Shown: positions 1 through 12,171 of the stretch, in pieces
How positions within the stretch are numbered: the first letter of the stretch is position 1
How the letters are laid out: every line of letters begins with the position of its first letter
Source: Phoronis australis
Taxonomy: Eukaryota; Animalia; Phoronida
Length of the DNA stretch: 64,000 bases
Direction: 5' to 3'
Assembly (NCBI GenBank): GCA_002633005.1
Contig: NMRA01000803.1
Coordinates: 41,054-105,053, forward strand
The notes under the pieces: model-generated
Told to the model about the DNA's origin: nothing
What the model saw: the letters and a program-made list of their open reading frames with translations, nothing else
The model's database searches: none
Made by a program: the position numbers and the translations under genes

Positions 1-132
1 CTATATTGCTCTTCTTAATTGTTAATAACTATTTAATTTATTGTTACTCGGTGGTCAGCTATCAGCGGCCCGTGCCTTCGCTGGTCACCCAATCATATAA
101 CAATGTAGGTTTTTATATGATTTAAAAATAAA

Positions 133-203
133 CTCTCTCTCTCTCTCCCTCTCTCTCTCCCTCCCTCCCTCCCTCTCTCCCTCTCCCTCTCTNTCCCCCC
201 TCC
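133..203. repeat. (CT)n / CCCT microsatellite
   Basis: Run of ctctctct/ccctccct seen directly; contains one N. Confidence 0.9.
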
Positions 204-1424
204 CGACTACAAACAGGTTACAAAATTGTGTAGTCACGTGATTCTTTATTGTGGAAACGTAATCAACTGACTTTCTCGGTTAAAAGCTGGAGAACACATA
301 CCAAGATTAAAGTCAACAACAAGTCACCTTGACAACAACACCCGACCATTATCAGCCATTTCCAGTGCCATTTGCAATTTCTGGCAGATAAAGACACTCA
401 AGTTTTGCTCTTACAATGAGGAAGATACTTATATCCTACAAAACAGCGAAACATCCACTACATTCCTAAAACGAAAAATGAAAGGAAAACACTGAGCAAT
501 AAACCACCAGTTGTCTGCAAGAAAACTGTCGGGAAAGACAATAAAAATATACACACCAGCAGATATTCTATTAAAAACTTAGCTAAAGAAAACGTGACAT
601 AATTTTTGTGGCCTTGACATGTCATCGAATAAAGAAATAGGGAGATGAGAGGTTCCTTTAAGGTTTTAGGCAACCTCTCCCCTAATATCACTGCCAGAAA
701 TAGAACATTTCTATTTCACCACAAAGCAGGAGTACACTGTGACAGTCAATTAGTTGAACAAATGACGTCATATACAGCACTACTACCACTGGGAAAATAG
801 AAAGGAACAATGTAAGCAGGGGTATCCATAAGAAGTCTCTTGCAACCTTAGCATGATAACATGACCACTAAATACTCAGGTATGTAAAATAATAGTCGAC
901 TTTTGTTCTTAGTTATAGAACAAAACATGAAAACAAAATTCTATCAAATGATATTCAGCATATGGGGAAATTATTATAGGCGAGTGTTTGTTTCTCTATT
1001 ACCATACAAGCGTCAAATTAACTTCAAGTGGTTTCTAAAGCAATGAAAAAGTTAACTATACACATGTATACTCACTTCATTGCCAGTAAAACTTCATAAG
1101 TCAGTGGCACAGAGTTCGACTATTTCTGGTCACATGACCTCTTACTCTAGTGCTAAAACTTGCTCGGAGAGTTCTAGGACAACTTTCAAATGTACCTAAG
1201 AGTAGTAAGCAGTTTTTTAACAAGTTACCAGAATCTCTTCCATTGAAAATCAATGAAATTTCAGAGCATTACACTTCTCCTAGTTCTCCAATGATTATAT
1301 GTTACTTCCACACCCGTTTTCTTCTAAGTTAATGCCACAATGCTAATGAAACCAGATAAAATTCCGATAACTTTTTTAAAAACTATTCTTAGAAAGATGA
1401 ACAGTTCCCAAGCCATTAGACTCG

Positions 1425-4400
1425 TTAATCGACTATGCTCCGCAGAACATATTTCACGGAATATGCGAACACTGCAAAACCCACAATGACTGCGAGGTTT
1501 GTGAGCGCATTTCCCACAATGCCTTGCTCCATGTTTCCTGGCATACCGTCCTGCATCTGATGTATGGTCGACCGTCCACTGTCATCGACATTAGTTTGCA
1601 CACACTGGGCCAACTCCTCCTGGATTTTCTGCAGCTTATCACGAATTTCCTGGAAATGAGAACAGCACGGGGTAAAGTTAGTGAGTCTCTGAAGCCACAT
1701 AACTTTAGCTACAGTCTCCACGATTTAGCATCGACTAAACAGGATATTCGGCAGCCAAAATTTTGCAGCTGTAACTGTTGCAAAAGACCGATAAAGCTCC
1801 GTGCCCAAAAAATGTCAATTCATCACTTGTTTAGTGGATCAGGCGAAATCTACACGGTTCGTATTAAGATCTATGTTCCCTGTCCCAGGATCTGAGAAGT
1901 GAACGATACATTTAGTCTTAAACGAGTACCCTGCACCAGACTTATAACAGAGCACAGCGTTTGAATTGCATAGTCTCATAAGTTGACAATCTGTTCAAAT
2001 CTCCCAAAATTAGACACAAATTGTTAGTATTCAATGAGAATTGGCTACAATGAGCTGAGCTACATGGTTTGTGTCTAAACTTGGCTTTTCGGCATTGACA
2101 ATGTCATCAGCTATGACAAAAATACTACTTATTGCTTCAAATCGAAATATTCCACAGAGTTAAGCTATCACAACATTGTGTCTTGTGACAAAGTTATTGC
2201 TCCGGCACATTTCAGAGGAGTGTTCAGACAATCCATACCTGACATTCCAGAAGATGAACGTACATGTGCACTAACAATTTTTACCGGACATTCCAGAAGG
2301 TGTACGTACCTGCGTTATTTCTGGGAAAATTTCGCAAAATATCTGATCTTTAAGATTTGTAGTGAGACTCTGAGCAGCCAACTGCCTTTTCTGCAACAGA
2401 GAAGAGAAACTGGCTTCCAGTCTGACACAAATGCTGCCCATGATCAACCCATCAAGACGAGGCGTGCTCTAGACTGAAGTCACACCACACACATTTTGTT
2501 AGCAGGGCATAGTTACTAGGCAGTAAGTTTCCACATGTGATGGTGAATATCAAAAGTTCCAATCTACCATGACTTGAATCTTGCCCCTGATCGCCATAAA
2601 GGTGGTCACAACTCGCATCTAACATAGATTCTGATTTATGAGCTAGGGAAAGAACTGACCAAGCGAAACGTTCTACCCATTCAATCACTGGCTCATCAAT
2701 TTTACCCATACTTAAAGTTACTCAGCACACCACTTAAGTAAAAATGAGTGTTACCATGGGACATCCCATTTCAGCCAATGGTGAATGTTTTGAATACTTT
2801 TGCTGTTGAGGCATAAAATCGAGTTGCAAAATAAAGCAAGTTAACACTTCTAGTTTTCTACAGTATACTCACTGTGAACAGAATAGAGCTTTTGGCTCTT
2901 ATCTTTTGGCTTAAGAAATCACTGCATTGTTATTTCACCTTACTTTGAAGCCATGCTACAAATAACCAGGGCTTGGAATGACCAATGACAAAAAACGCGG
3001 AAACGTTGAAACTTTTACGGCCCAAATCATGCCCGATAACCAGCCTTGAAATGGTCAATGTGAACCTTTCCCCGACAAAAATCGGGAGGACTAAAAAAAA
3101 CGTTACCACCATCAGTAGCATGCATCTGCGTCCTTTTAGCTCGCCCGTCCACTCCCAACCCACACATTTTTGTCTGCAGAGCGGTAGTATTTGTCGCCGC
3201 GCTTAACAATAACACGAGACGCCATTGAAAATCCCACCATGCTGTCCCAGATGCCCCGGCAATGTTGACAATTTACGTTCCTCCGAAACATAAAGAGCAA
3301 CTTCCGCTTTTCGAGGTGAACGTCGTCTGCAACGCCGCGGTAAGAAAGGAATTTGCCGCGGAGATTTTATATCAAATCTGATTTTTTTAAGCGGAAATAT
3401 TATAAAAAAAGTGGAAAGCAAATTTGAAAAAAGCGGAAATCCGCGTTTCCGCGGAAAATTCCAAGCCCTGAATAACTTAACATCACATGCAACCTAATTC
3501 AGTCAAAATAGAATGGAACTCATTTCAGGGTGAGCTTAGACAACTAAATTGACCATGGATAAAACATTGATTAAAAAACAAACAAGACAGTCCGATACAA
3601 GAGGCATATCTTAACGACAGTGACAACCTGACAACCAAGTATATGACTCACTGTATAATCTGACGTCTCCATACTTCCTAATGTTGGACTTTTCTCCAGC
3701 ATGAAACTCAACAGTCCAGTTAGTATAGTCGACACGGACCAGGCAGGGTTCCAAGTGTCGGGGTGGAAGTCACTGATAGATAGACACAGCCTGAAATCAG
3801 CAACGCTTACTATAAATATCAAATGCGTCGTACATACCGCATTCCAGTGGTGGCAAGATGCTCAAGGCTATTTTTCAGCCATGCATTGATCAATTTTTGC
3901 AACAACACACAACTTGATGTGAAAGTGAAATTACGACTGAATGTTGTGCAGTTGGCAATTCTTGAAAACAAAAGTAGAGAAACGATGAACACAATGTGCT
4001 CTATGCACCAAGATTGAATTTTTGACGAGGAAGAAACTGCCTAGTATCTCACAGACTCCCCCCAAAGGCACACCATTAGTGAACACATGCAACATTGTCT
4101 TAAATTACGTCTTACCTTGTATTGCACTTAAAGCGACCATTAGGTGTGATCATGTATATGCTAGGAGGTTTGAACGGAAACTCTCTCGGAAAAACAAGTT
4201 TTCCGTGGTAGTAGCCACCTTCGTACGGCGACTTCTCTGGTCCTTTCACAACATAGTGCCTGTAATGTCAAAATTTGCAGTTTAGGGCCAAACCTGATAT
4301 ACCAGGCCTAAATAAAAATTAAGTTCATTTGCCCTTACCCAACCGAACCGCTAAAAACCCGCCTACTCAGAAAATTTAGTGACAAAATTCTTCTGACTTT

Positions 4401-6439
4401 TTGTATACTACTCTACAAAAAATCAATTTCATACTTTTGCTTGATTGATGATACAGCCCAGGAATAAGTCTTTACTGCTGAATTGGTTGTTTCGTTACAA
4501 AATGTGCACAAAATCCTTCAACAAAATCTCAAACATGAATTGCTAATTTCTCAAGACTCTTGAAGAAGGCGTGGCTCATTGGTTGAGACATTGTAGCAAA
4601 ATTGGTGTATGAAGTTATAAAAAACTTTTTGCCAACCTACCTACCCAGATGTTAAAAGTAGGGTTGGGTATGGGCAAACAAAGATATTTTCATGACTGGC
4701 AACAGGGGGAAATTCTTCATTGAATATCGAGTTACATAATTACTGGCACATGTCTATCAAACATTCCATTTCAAAATTTCACACCATGTACTAGAATATA
4801 CGCAAAGAAACAAAAACCGATGTCACTTGTTACGCATCTGTTTACAGTTTCTGATGTATTCTGTTTTTAAACAGATTTGCACTACAAAATAGATGGACTA
4901 AGGATAATAGCAGAATCAAAGACACCACTGGCAGCAGATAACTTCGTGTAAACCGCAGTGTTATATTATACATTGTAAAGCTCAAAGTTTCTGTATTCCA
5001 CCGATGGTCCCCGACGCCTCAGACTACAGCGTTTGCACGGTTTTAGCAGAAGATACCAGGTTCGAGTCTTGGTTGGGGTAGAAATCTTTTCAGACTTATA
5101 TTCATCAGGTCACATGACATGGCCAACAGAGGCATGCTTACCAGACTTATAAATGTCTGCAAAATCTAAATTGTACAAGAAAACACGTCGAAATTTACTA
5201 CTGTACGTCCATAGTACAAACACGTGACTATGAATACCTATTTGCAATTAATTAAAAAATAATTCAGACATCTTTCACAGGTGGCACTTAACAGGGTTCT
5301 CCACTGGTGTTGGGCCCTCTTTAATTTCAGTCACTGAGTTTGTGCCCATCCCATCCTAACTAATAGAAACGCTTCTCCATTCAATATTTCTTGACCCAGA
5401 ATTATAAGACTAGCTCATTTCAACTGAAGGGCAAGTGTGTAGCACAGGAATTAATACCAACTGCAACAAAAGTTGTCACACAATCACCCCCTGGAGGAAT
5501 TGTCCATAAAAAAGTACACCAGATAGTAAACTGTAGATTAATTAACAAATCCACCAGAAGGATTGTACTTACAATAAAGTGGGTCTGAATATTGAGTGAT
5601 TTGTTTCACGTGTAATCAACCAATGTTGTTGCAAAAATGTTTAATAAGACCTTTCCCTATTAATGTAATACCCACTGCATCCTAAGTTGTCAAATGTATC
5701 TATTTTTTCTAGTAGCTTTTTCATAGCTTCAAAATGATCCAGAACACTTGTGTAGAAACGGAAAGTGTGAATGAAACTCTGGGCTGGTTTTAACAGATAA
5801 AAAACAGAAGCTTTTAAGTATTGTGGATTTGATAACGGAAATTAAAGAAACATTCTTTACTTTACAGTGCTAAGAATATCCGTAAAAATTTAAATTAAAA
5901 CTAATTCTATTTTTACTATACATAGTTCACTCATTTGTGCAATGACTTATTTGAACAAAAAGATTTTTTAAAATGTAGGAAACAAGCTCCAATTTAAAAA
6001 TCTTGAGACAGTCCTCCTAAGACCCTGAATATAAGGAGACAATGCTTTTGATAGCCTTGGTTGTCAGCACACGAGTGCCCTACATGGTCTTCCGCGGTTC
6101 CGCCCTCTTTCAATTTTGAGAAGTGGAGACCACTGCTTACAACAGCTTTGAAGATCATTCAATGTTTTACCACTATAACTGTAGAAGCACATTTGCCCTT
6201 TGCTTGGTCTGTGTTGTATATACAATATACAATTACGGATTCTAATTCACTATGACTTAGAAATTTTAAAGAAGTGGCTCCACTGGTTTGTGAAGATAGC
6301 TAATACTCCTTAGGTACCATTCTAGAATGTTGGTAGGGAGTGGAGCTGCTGTGATGTAAGGAACTGGATCTTTCATGATGCGAATGTAGTCCTGCTTGAG
6401 CCTCGCAGTGGCCGACGAGTTTGTTCTCTTTGTGGCCAT
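1425..6439 (-). CDS. UBE2J2: Ubiquitin-conjugating enzyme E2 J2 (tail-anchored ERAD E2), 5 coding exons, 236 aa
   Basis: Minus-strand exons with GT-AG borders: 6439-6318 ([41 protein letters not shown]), 4259-4116 ([48 protein letters not shown]), 3790-3652 ([46 protein letters not shown], with catalytic Cys), 2390-2310 ([27 protein letters not shown]) and 1649-1425 (C-terminal TM ...[24 protein letters not shown]). Total 711 nt, in frame. Confidence 0.95.
2967..3470. mobile_element. MITE (~500 bp), CAGGGCTTGGAA terminal inverted repeats, 6-bp TSD
   Basis: TIR cagggcttggaa...ttccaagccctg flanked by aataac/aataac. A close paralog lies at 25390-25881. Confidence 0.85.
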
Positions 6440-6814
6440 TGTGGAGGTTAAAGTGTGGTGTCTGAAAGCAAAAATATAACAAAATTAAGTGTATTTGATA
6501 AACTTCCCGTGTCCACACTGACAGATCAGCCGGCAAAGAAAAGACATTTCAAATATTCAATAGTGATCACTCAGTTGTATTGGTCCAACATACACGTTCA
6601 TGTCTCATCTTGGGCTTCCAGAAATAATACACATCACTAATCAACAAAACAGTTCATGGTTAACTTCGGGTTCAAATTTAATGTCTAAAAATACACTTTG
6701 AAAATTTCAGTTTGGACTTCATAGCTCAGTCCCATCAAATGCAAACAACGGGTCAAATATATTGTAATTTCAAGTGCACAATGAAATGTTACAGACAAAT
6801 ATTTCAAACTCCAT

Positions 6815-7214
6815 ACAGTACTGCTGAGCGTGAACTTGGAATCCTGCTTAATCTGATGACCGCGTATGCGTGAACTTAGAATACAAGAGGCATCTTGATA
6901 AGCTCACTCAAAAAATCATGTTCAAGTTGCCAAAATTCGCACTGCACTACATCATATTACATGTTCATAAAATAATGTAAAAATAATTAACCTTTTTTCC
7001 AAATATCGGGTGATCTTGTTCACCAGACAATAATTGATTAGCCGCATTCACAGTTCCGCTGCTTCTGTGACACAAATTACGGTAAAGGAGAAAATGGGTG
7101 TTCGTGGGCCAATAATTACAACTCGTCTGCTTGCCTTAATGAATATTCAACTCCAAGTTCACCATACGAGATCTTGAAATTACGCAAAAATTCCCAGGTT
7201 CACGCACAGTACTG
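6815..7214. mobile_element. Probable MITE with CAGTACTG-starting TIRs
   Basis: cagtactgctgagcgtgaacttgg at the left and ccaggttcacgcacagtactg at the right form imperfect inverted repeats. Confidence 0.45.
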
Positions 7215-7499
7215 AGCACCACTCTTGTTTTGGTTCATGGTTTGGGCCGTGAAACTTTTTAATTGCTTTGATTCTTTAACAGTAAATTAGGGAATATATG
7301 AAAACTCCATGGATGGAATGGAGCTTGCTGATCCTGTCGACTGCAGTTGATTTCTAGAGGACGTAGTCTCGGGTTAAAAAATAAAACTTATCAACAGAGC
7401 GTAACTAGGCAGAATTATTGAAGTTTCCACCATAAAGTGAAGCAAAGGTCGAATAAGGCATCTCCATAAATCATCGCTTGTAAACACAATTATTCAGCA

Positions 7500-8100
7500 G
7501 ATTACTCACGAACAAAACAAACTCCGTGTAGACAGTTTGAGTGTGTGTGTGTGTTACCGTTATTCTGTTGCTCCAGACTGAACAGTGACCAACCCATACG
7601 GTACAGGCAGAGAGCTACAGCCCGTTTCTACACTCGGGCAAGTTTGGCTTGGAGTTGGTATAAAAGATACCCGTACCCGTCCTATACTTTCATTATTATG
7701 AACAGAAGGTGGCATAAAGCCAAAAGGTGAAAAAAATTACCAGTTTCGTTTCCTGTTTTATTCCGTCGATCACTCCATTTTGTTGTCGTCGATTGGTGGT
7801 ATTGCGGTCTGGTTCTTGTAAGTACGCAGCTTTCTAAATGATATTTGGAACCAGTTGACCTATTTCTTTTCATTACGTTTTTATCAAACTACTGAAAACA
7901 AATTTATCGTTATTTTTCAGCATAGCTTAGCCACATTATACTATATTCGGTTTTTTAATGTGCCTAATTGAAAAAATATTCATAACAACACAAAACATAA
8001 TGTGGAGATTTAAAAATGGTGGCCCCCACAGGATAACTTTCGCAAGCCTTCTTTCACATTATGTTCGCTTTCAAAGTTTGATCGCATTTAGGTATGCATT
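7500..8100. promoter_or_regulatory. Putative bidirectional promoter and non-coding first exons of UBE2J2 and B3GALT6
   Basis: Divergent gene arrangement. Minus-strand donor GTGAG at ~7509, plus-strand donor AG|GTATG at ~8091, opposed YY1-like AAAATGG motifs at ~7775 (-) and ~8012 (+). Acceptor-like sites at ~6462 (-) and 10364 (+). Inference only. Confidence 0.4.
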
Positions 8101-8227
8101 GCAAGCCTGAAAACCAACCAATTGTTTACTTACTCGAACTTGCTGGGTAGTCTAACCAGTATCCGTTGTAACGTGTTTTGTGAAATATTCAGATTTCCTT
8201 CATTTTCAAAGAAGTTTTGTATCGATG

Positions 8228-8922
8228 AATCGATGTGCTTCCGAAGTTCCGGTGAATCATGAGCCTCTGTTAGCTACTCGCTAATGCCTTAATGGGCAAT
8301 TGCCTATAAGCTGAATGGTTAGCACGCTTGCCGGTTTTATAGGGGTCGCTGATTCGGGTAATTTGGTTATTAGGCCTACTACAAATGGCGTAGTCGGCAA
8401 ACGGATGGTCTACCGATGAAGCACTGCCAACCTGTACTGAGCCTGTGTTGGTAAAGGTACCAAGGGCCGGGGAAGCCGATAACCAGTGCATGCAACACAA
8501 CCTGCTGTTCACCTTCCTGGTGGAGCACCTGTTTCATTGGAAAGGGGGAATGGTATAGATGTGCAAGTTCCAGTGAATCGTATGAGCCTGTTCAGGGCTC
8601 GACTTAACGAGCTGCAGGTCGCATTTGCGACCTGAAATTTGGAAATGCGAGCTGAGATTTTTGTCAGCTCGTATCAAGTCGCAAAATGCGACCTGGTATT
8701 TATGAATGCGAGCTGGATTTTGGAAATGCGACCTGGGATTCTGGCTAGGTCGCAAAATGCGACCTGGCGATTTTAATAGCGTCGAGCCCTGCTGTTAGCC
8801 ACTCACTATAAATGTCATTAGTAATGAGCAATTGTATATTACCTAAATGGTTAGCATGCTCTCCGGTTTTATAGGGGTCGCTGGTTCGATTCCCAGATCG
8901 GGTTATCTCGGCTATTCCTACA
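8228..8922 (+). mobile_element. Miniature non-autonomous LTR retroelement (TRIM) with tRNA-derived sequence in its LTRs, copy A
   Basis: LTR ending ...ctactaCA at 8383; PBS TGGCGTAGTCGGCA at 8386-8399 (complement of the tRNA-Ser 3' end including CCA); ~150-bp internal region; PPT GGAAAGGGGGAA at 8539-8550; second LTR 8551-8922, interrupted by a MITE. LTR copies carry A-box (TAGCTGAATGG) and B-box (GGTTCGATTCC) motifs. Confidence 0.75.
8593..8791. mobile_element. MITE (199 bp) nested in the TRIM LTR, 5-bp TSD
   Basis: TIR cagggctcgac...gtcgagccctg, flanked by ctgtt/ctgtt. Internal repeated aaatgcgacctgg motif. The other LTR copies are uninterrupted at this site. Confidence 0.85.
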
Positions 8923-8963
8923 GCACGAAGAAGGGTATGAAAAATTGGACCTACTTGTACTTA

Positions 8964-9540
8964 TGTAGTAATAGCCGAGATTACCCGACCTAGGAATCGA
9001 ACCAGCGACCCCCATAAAACCGGCAAGCGTGCTAACCATTCAGCTAATAGGCAATTGCCCATTAGCGAGTAGCTAACAGAGGCTCATATGATTCACCGGA
9101 AGCACATCTACAACATTCCCCCCTTTCCTACAGAATAGGCACACCACCAGGAAGGTGACCACCAGGATGTCTCGCATACAGGTCATCAACGGCCCTTGGT
9201 ACTTTTACCACCACAACACAGGTGAACACAAGGTAGTCTCTCATACAGGTCCTAGACTCCTAGATCTTTTACCATTACAATAACCATGCATGCTGTCAGA
9301 GGTCCACAGGTACTAGTTAGCAGTGCCCCATCAGTAGATCACTCATTTGCTGACTACGCCATTTGTTATAGTAGCCGAGATTACGTGACCCAGGTATCGA
9401 ACCAGCGAGCCCTATAAAACCAGTAAGCATGCTATACATTCAGCTAATAGGCAATTGCCCATAGCATGTGGCTAACAGAGGTGCATATGATTCACCAGAA
9501 GTACTTCTACAACATTCCCCCCTTTCCAACATCTACAACA
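8964..9540 (-). mobile_element. TRIM with tRNA-derived LTRs, copy B (inverted relative to copy A)
   Basis: Minus strand: LTR 9514-9364 (TGTTGTAG...CA), PBS at ~9361-9348, internal region, PPT at 9128-9116, LTR 9115-8964. An extra PPT and LTR start at 9515-9540 suggest a collapsed tandem array. Confidence 0.75.
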
Positions 9541-11055
9541 GTGCTTTGAGACGTTAGAAGACGGCTCATCCTAAGTCAAGGCTTAGTGTTCGCTTGACTC
9601 TAGCTAAACAATCAAAGTTGCATTACTATTATATGCCTTTCATGTGATTGATATGGACACTTAGCTGTATGAAGACTAATGCCAAAATACATCTAGGAAC
9701 CGCTGTGTGTTAGAGCCTAATGAATCTCACATAGACCTCAAAATTACACACCAGCCACGTAGTTCTGCTCCTCACCAACCTTATATCAACAGTGGAACTA
9801 ACAAACGGTAGAGATGTATGTAAAATTTGTGAATCAAGTGACGCTCTCTTTGCCCTGTAGACGACCACATACCTTAATGTAGCCTGTACGCCGAAAGCTT
9901 TTTGGCAAATTATCCCTAAGACTCACTAAACCATCAAAGTCGCATGCTATGACACCTCACTATGTCATTGATGTGTGCATAGTGACCATTGGCAACCCAG
10001 CCAGCTGGCTCTGTATTGTGTTGGGAGGGAATGTGTAATTGAAACTTGTGCTTCTCCTGTACTATGTCTGTCATGTTTGCTACATATCCAGCTTTTCTCA
10101 CAAAGAAAAATCAATCCTTGACTTGAAAACAGTACGCTTGACATGCACATGCACCATTTTCAAAATTTTTTTGTAAAATCTTTCGGGAGATGATGACAGC
10201 TTCACCGAAGGGAATTTTGCTGAGGAATTCAGTTGGCTGATATTAAAATACTGTTACTTTAAAGCAAAGTAAAACCAATTCCAGTAACTTGGTATGAACT
10301 GTATACAACCTTTTGAAAGAATAACAGTTGATTAGCTCCAATTATTGTACATTATATTTTTCAGAGTTGTCCAAATTCATTTTACAAACAGCACCTCCGT
10401 TTTCGCCGAAGACCTCTGATATGTGAACACCATTTCCACCCACAACTTCAAAAATTTTGATTTAGAATGCCTGGCATGCCCAGCTCAACAAAAAGTTCGG
10501 ATTTGAGTTTCTCATCTCAGTGCCCTGGGCATAATGTCAACAACTATTGTAACCAGTTTGCATATTTGCACAAATAATTAAATTTTTCAAAGGGTGCAAG
10601 TGAGAAAAAGAAATAGAATGACTGGAAATATTGTAAGGCTAATGTATAAGTCTAAGAAAGATTAAACATTCGTCGGCAACCAATGTGCAAATTACAAAAA
10701 GGTTGATTTTTTTATCAATGATATAGGATCCTTTGTGAATCCAGTGACTTTAATGTGAATGCGAAGCTCAAGGGAAAGGTGAACAGGGATTAACTAGCCT
10801 TCATATAGCCAGGACGTAACTTCAGATGAGAAACCGGCAACAGCTGAAAAGCAGATTTAGAAATAAGTCAGCATACATTCACAAGGGATGTGCGAATAAA
10901 CAGAAAGTAAAAATGCCAGCCGTTGCTGCGTGTTTGAATTAACAGAAATATAAAATATTGATTTTGTTAACTACATGTAAGTTTGGGTGTGCTGAAAGCG
11001 ATATGTGAAATTGTAGAGCAGTTGCCATAAAGCAGATGTAGAAAATCGCCACATT

Positions 11056-12171
11056 ATGAAGTGTGTCAAAAAATTAGGCAACTATAATATACATGTTAAA
11101 CCCCTGAATTGCGCTTCTCTTGCAGGCATGGACATCATGACCCTTGGTCGACAGTTTGCTCGCCATGCATCTACTATCCTGATTGGAGGCATATTTTTGT
11201 TCTTCAGCGGTGTACTTTATCTGTCCTTTTGCCAGATGAATTGCAGTGAACATCAGTTTCGTGTTAAACACAATAAAGGCGTTCTTCTAGCCAAGAAACG
11301 CAACCTACCCGACACAGGGTCTTCTTGGCTTAAGGGATCAAAAACATTATCTACCTTTCTGGCTGTTGTAATCATGACTGGTCCAGATAACGCACCCAGT
11401 CGAGATGTAATTCGCCAAACGTGGGCATCTTCCGTGTCAAGACTTTCGGAGGATGTCAAAATTTTCTTTGTAATTGGATCCGGTAATTTAGACATCAATT
11501 CCAGGCAAAAATTGGAATTAGAAAATCACCAGCATCACGATTTGTTAATATTAGCAGCTTTAAATGATTCATACAATCAGCTAACAACCAAGTTACTAAA
11601 AACCTTGGTGTGGCTTGAACACCACGTTGACCTGCAGTTTGTGATGAAAGCAGATGATGACTCATTCATCAGACTGGACGTTCTCCTAGAAAAGCTGAAG
11701 GGTATGGAACCCAAAGCATTATATTGGGGATTTTTCAATGGTCCTGGCAGAGTTAAGAAGCATGGGCCATGGGCTGAAAACAGTTGGATTCTGTGTGACA
11801 ACTATCTACCGTATGCTCTAGGTGGTGGCTATGTGTTGTCTGCAGATTTGGTCACCTATGTAGCTTCCAATGCAAACATGTTTGTGAAATTTAAAAGCGA
11901 AGATGTTTCACTAGGGACGTGGCTAGCAGCTGTGAATGTGAACCGCGTCCATGACGTCAGGTTTGACACGGAGTACATATCGCGAGGTTGTAATAACGCC
12001 TACATTGTCACTCACAAGCAGAGCGCTCAAGATATGCATGAGAAGCACGCAAATTTACTACAGACAGGAAAGTTATGCACCAAGGAGTTTCGAGTCAGAA
12101 ACTCGTATCAGTACAACTGGAAACTTCCCAGATCAAAGTGCTGTGAACGAAACGATCCAAGCATTCCTTGA
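11056..12171 (+). CDS. B3GALT6: Beta-1,3-galactosyltransferase 6 (GT31, GAG linker galactosyltransferase II), single coding exon
   Basis: 371-aa ORF (true start may be Met at 11128 or 11137). N-terminal signal anchor, RDVIRQTW, DSYNQLTTK, MKADDDSF (DxD), LYWGFFNG, YLPYALGGGYVLSADLV, SEDVSLGTWLA, RFDTEYISRGCNN and C-terminal ...CC. The vertebrate coding region is also intronless. Confidence 0.95.
   Translation: MKCVKKLGNYNIHVKPLNCASLAGMDIMTLGRQFARHASTILIGGIFLFFSGVLYLSFCQMNCSEHQFRVKHNKGVLLAKKRNLPDTGSSWLKGSKTLSTFLAVVIMTGPDNAPSRDVIRQTWASSVSRLSEDVKIFFVIGSGNLDINSRQKLELENHQHHDLLILAALNDSYNQLTTKLLKTLVWLEHHVDLQFVMKADDDSFIRLDVLLEKLKGMEPKALYWGFFNGPGRVKKHGPWAENSWILCDNYLPYALGGGYVLSADLVTYVASNANMFVKFKSEDVSLGTWLAAVNVNRVHDVRFDTEYISRGCNNAYIVTHKQSAQDMHEKHANLLQTGKLCTKEFRVRNSYQYNWKLPRSKCCERNDPSIP

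Noticed and set aside
8408-8450. Hammerhead ribozyme in the TRIM interior (ctac(c/t)gatg(a/g)..gcactg)
   Set aside because: Neither copy has an intact CUGANGA plus GAAA core; too degenerate to support.
8290-9460. Four tRNA-like sequences as real tRNA genes or plain SINEs
   Set aside because: No paired acceptor or anticodon stems. They sit inside TG...CA repeats with a PBS and PPT, so they are LTR components.
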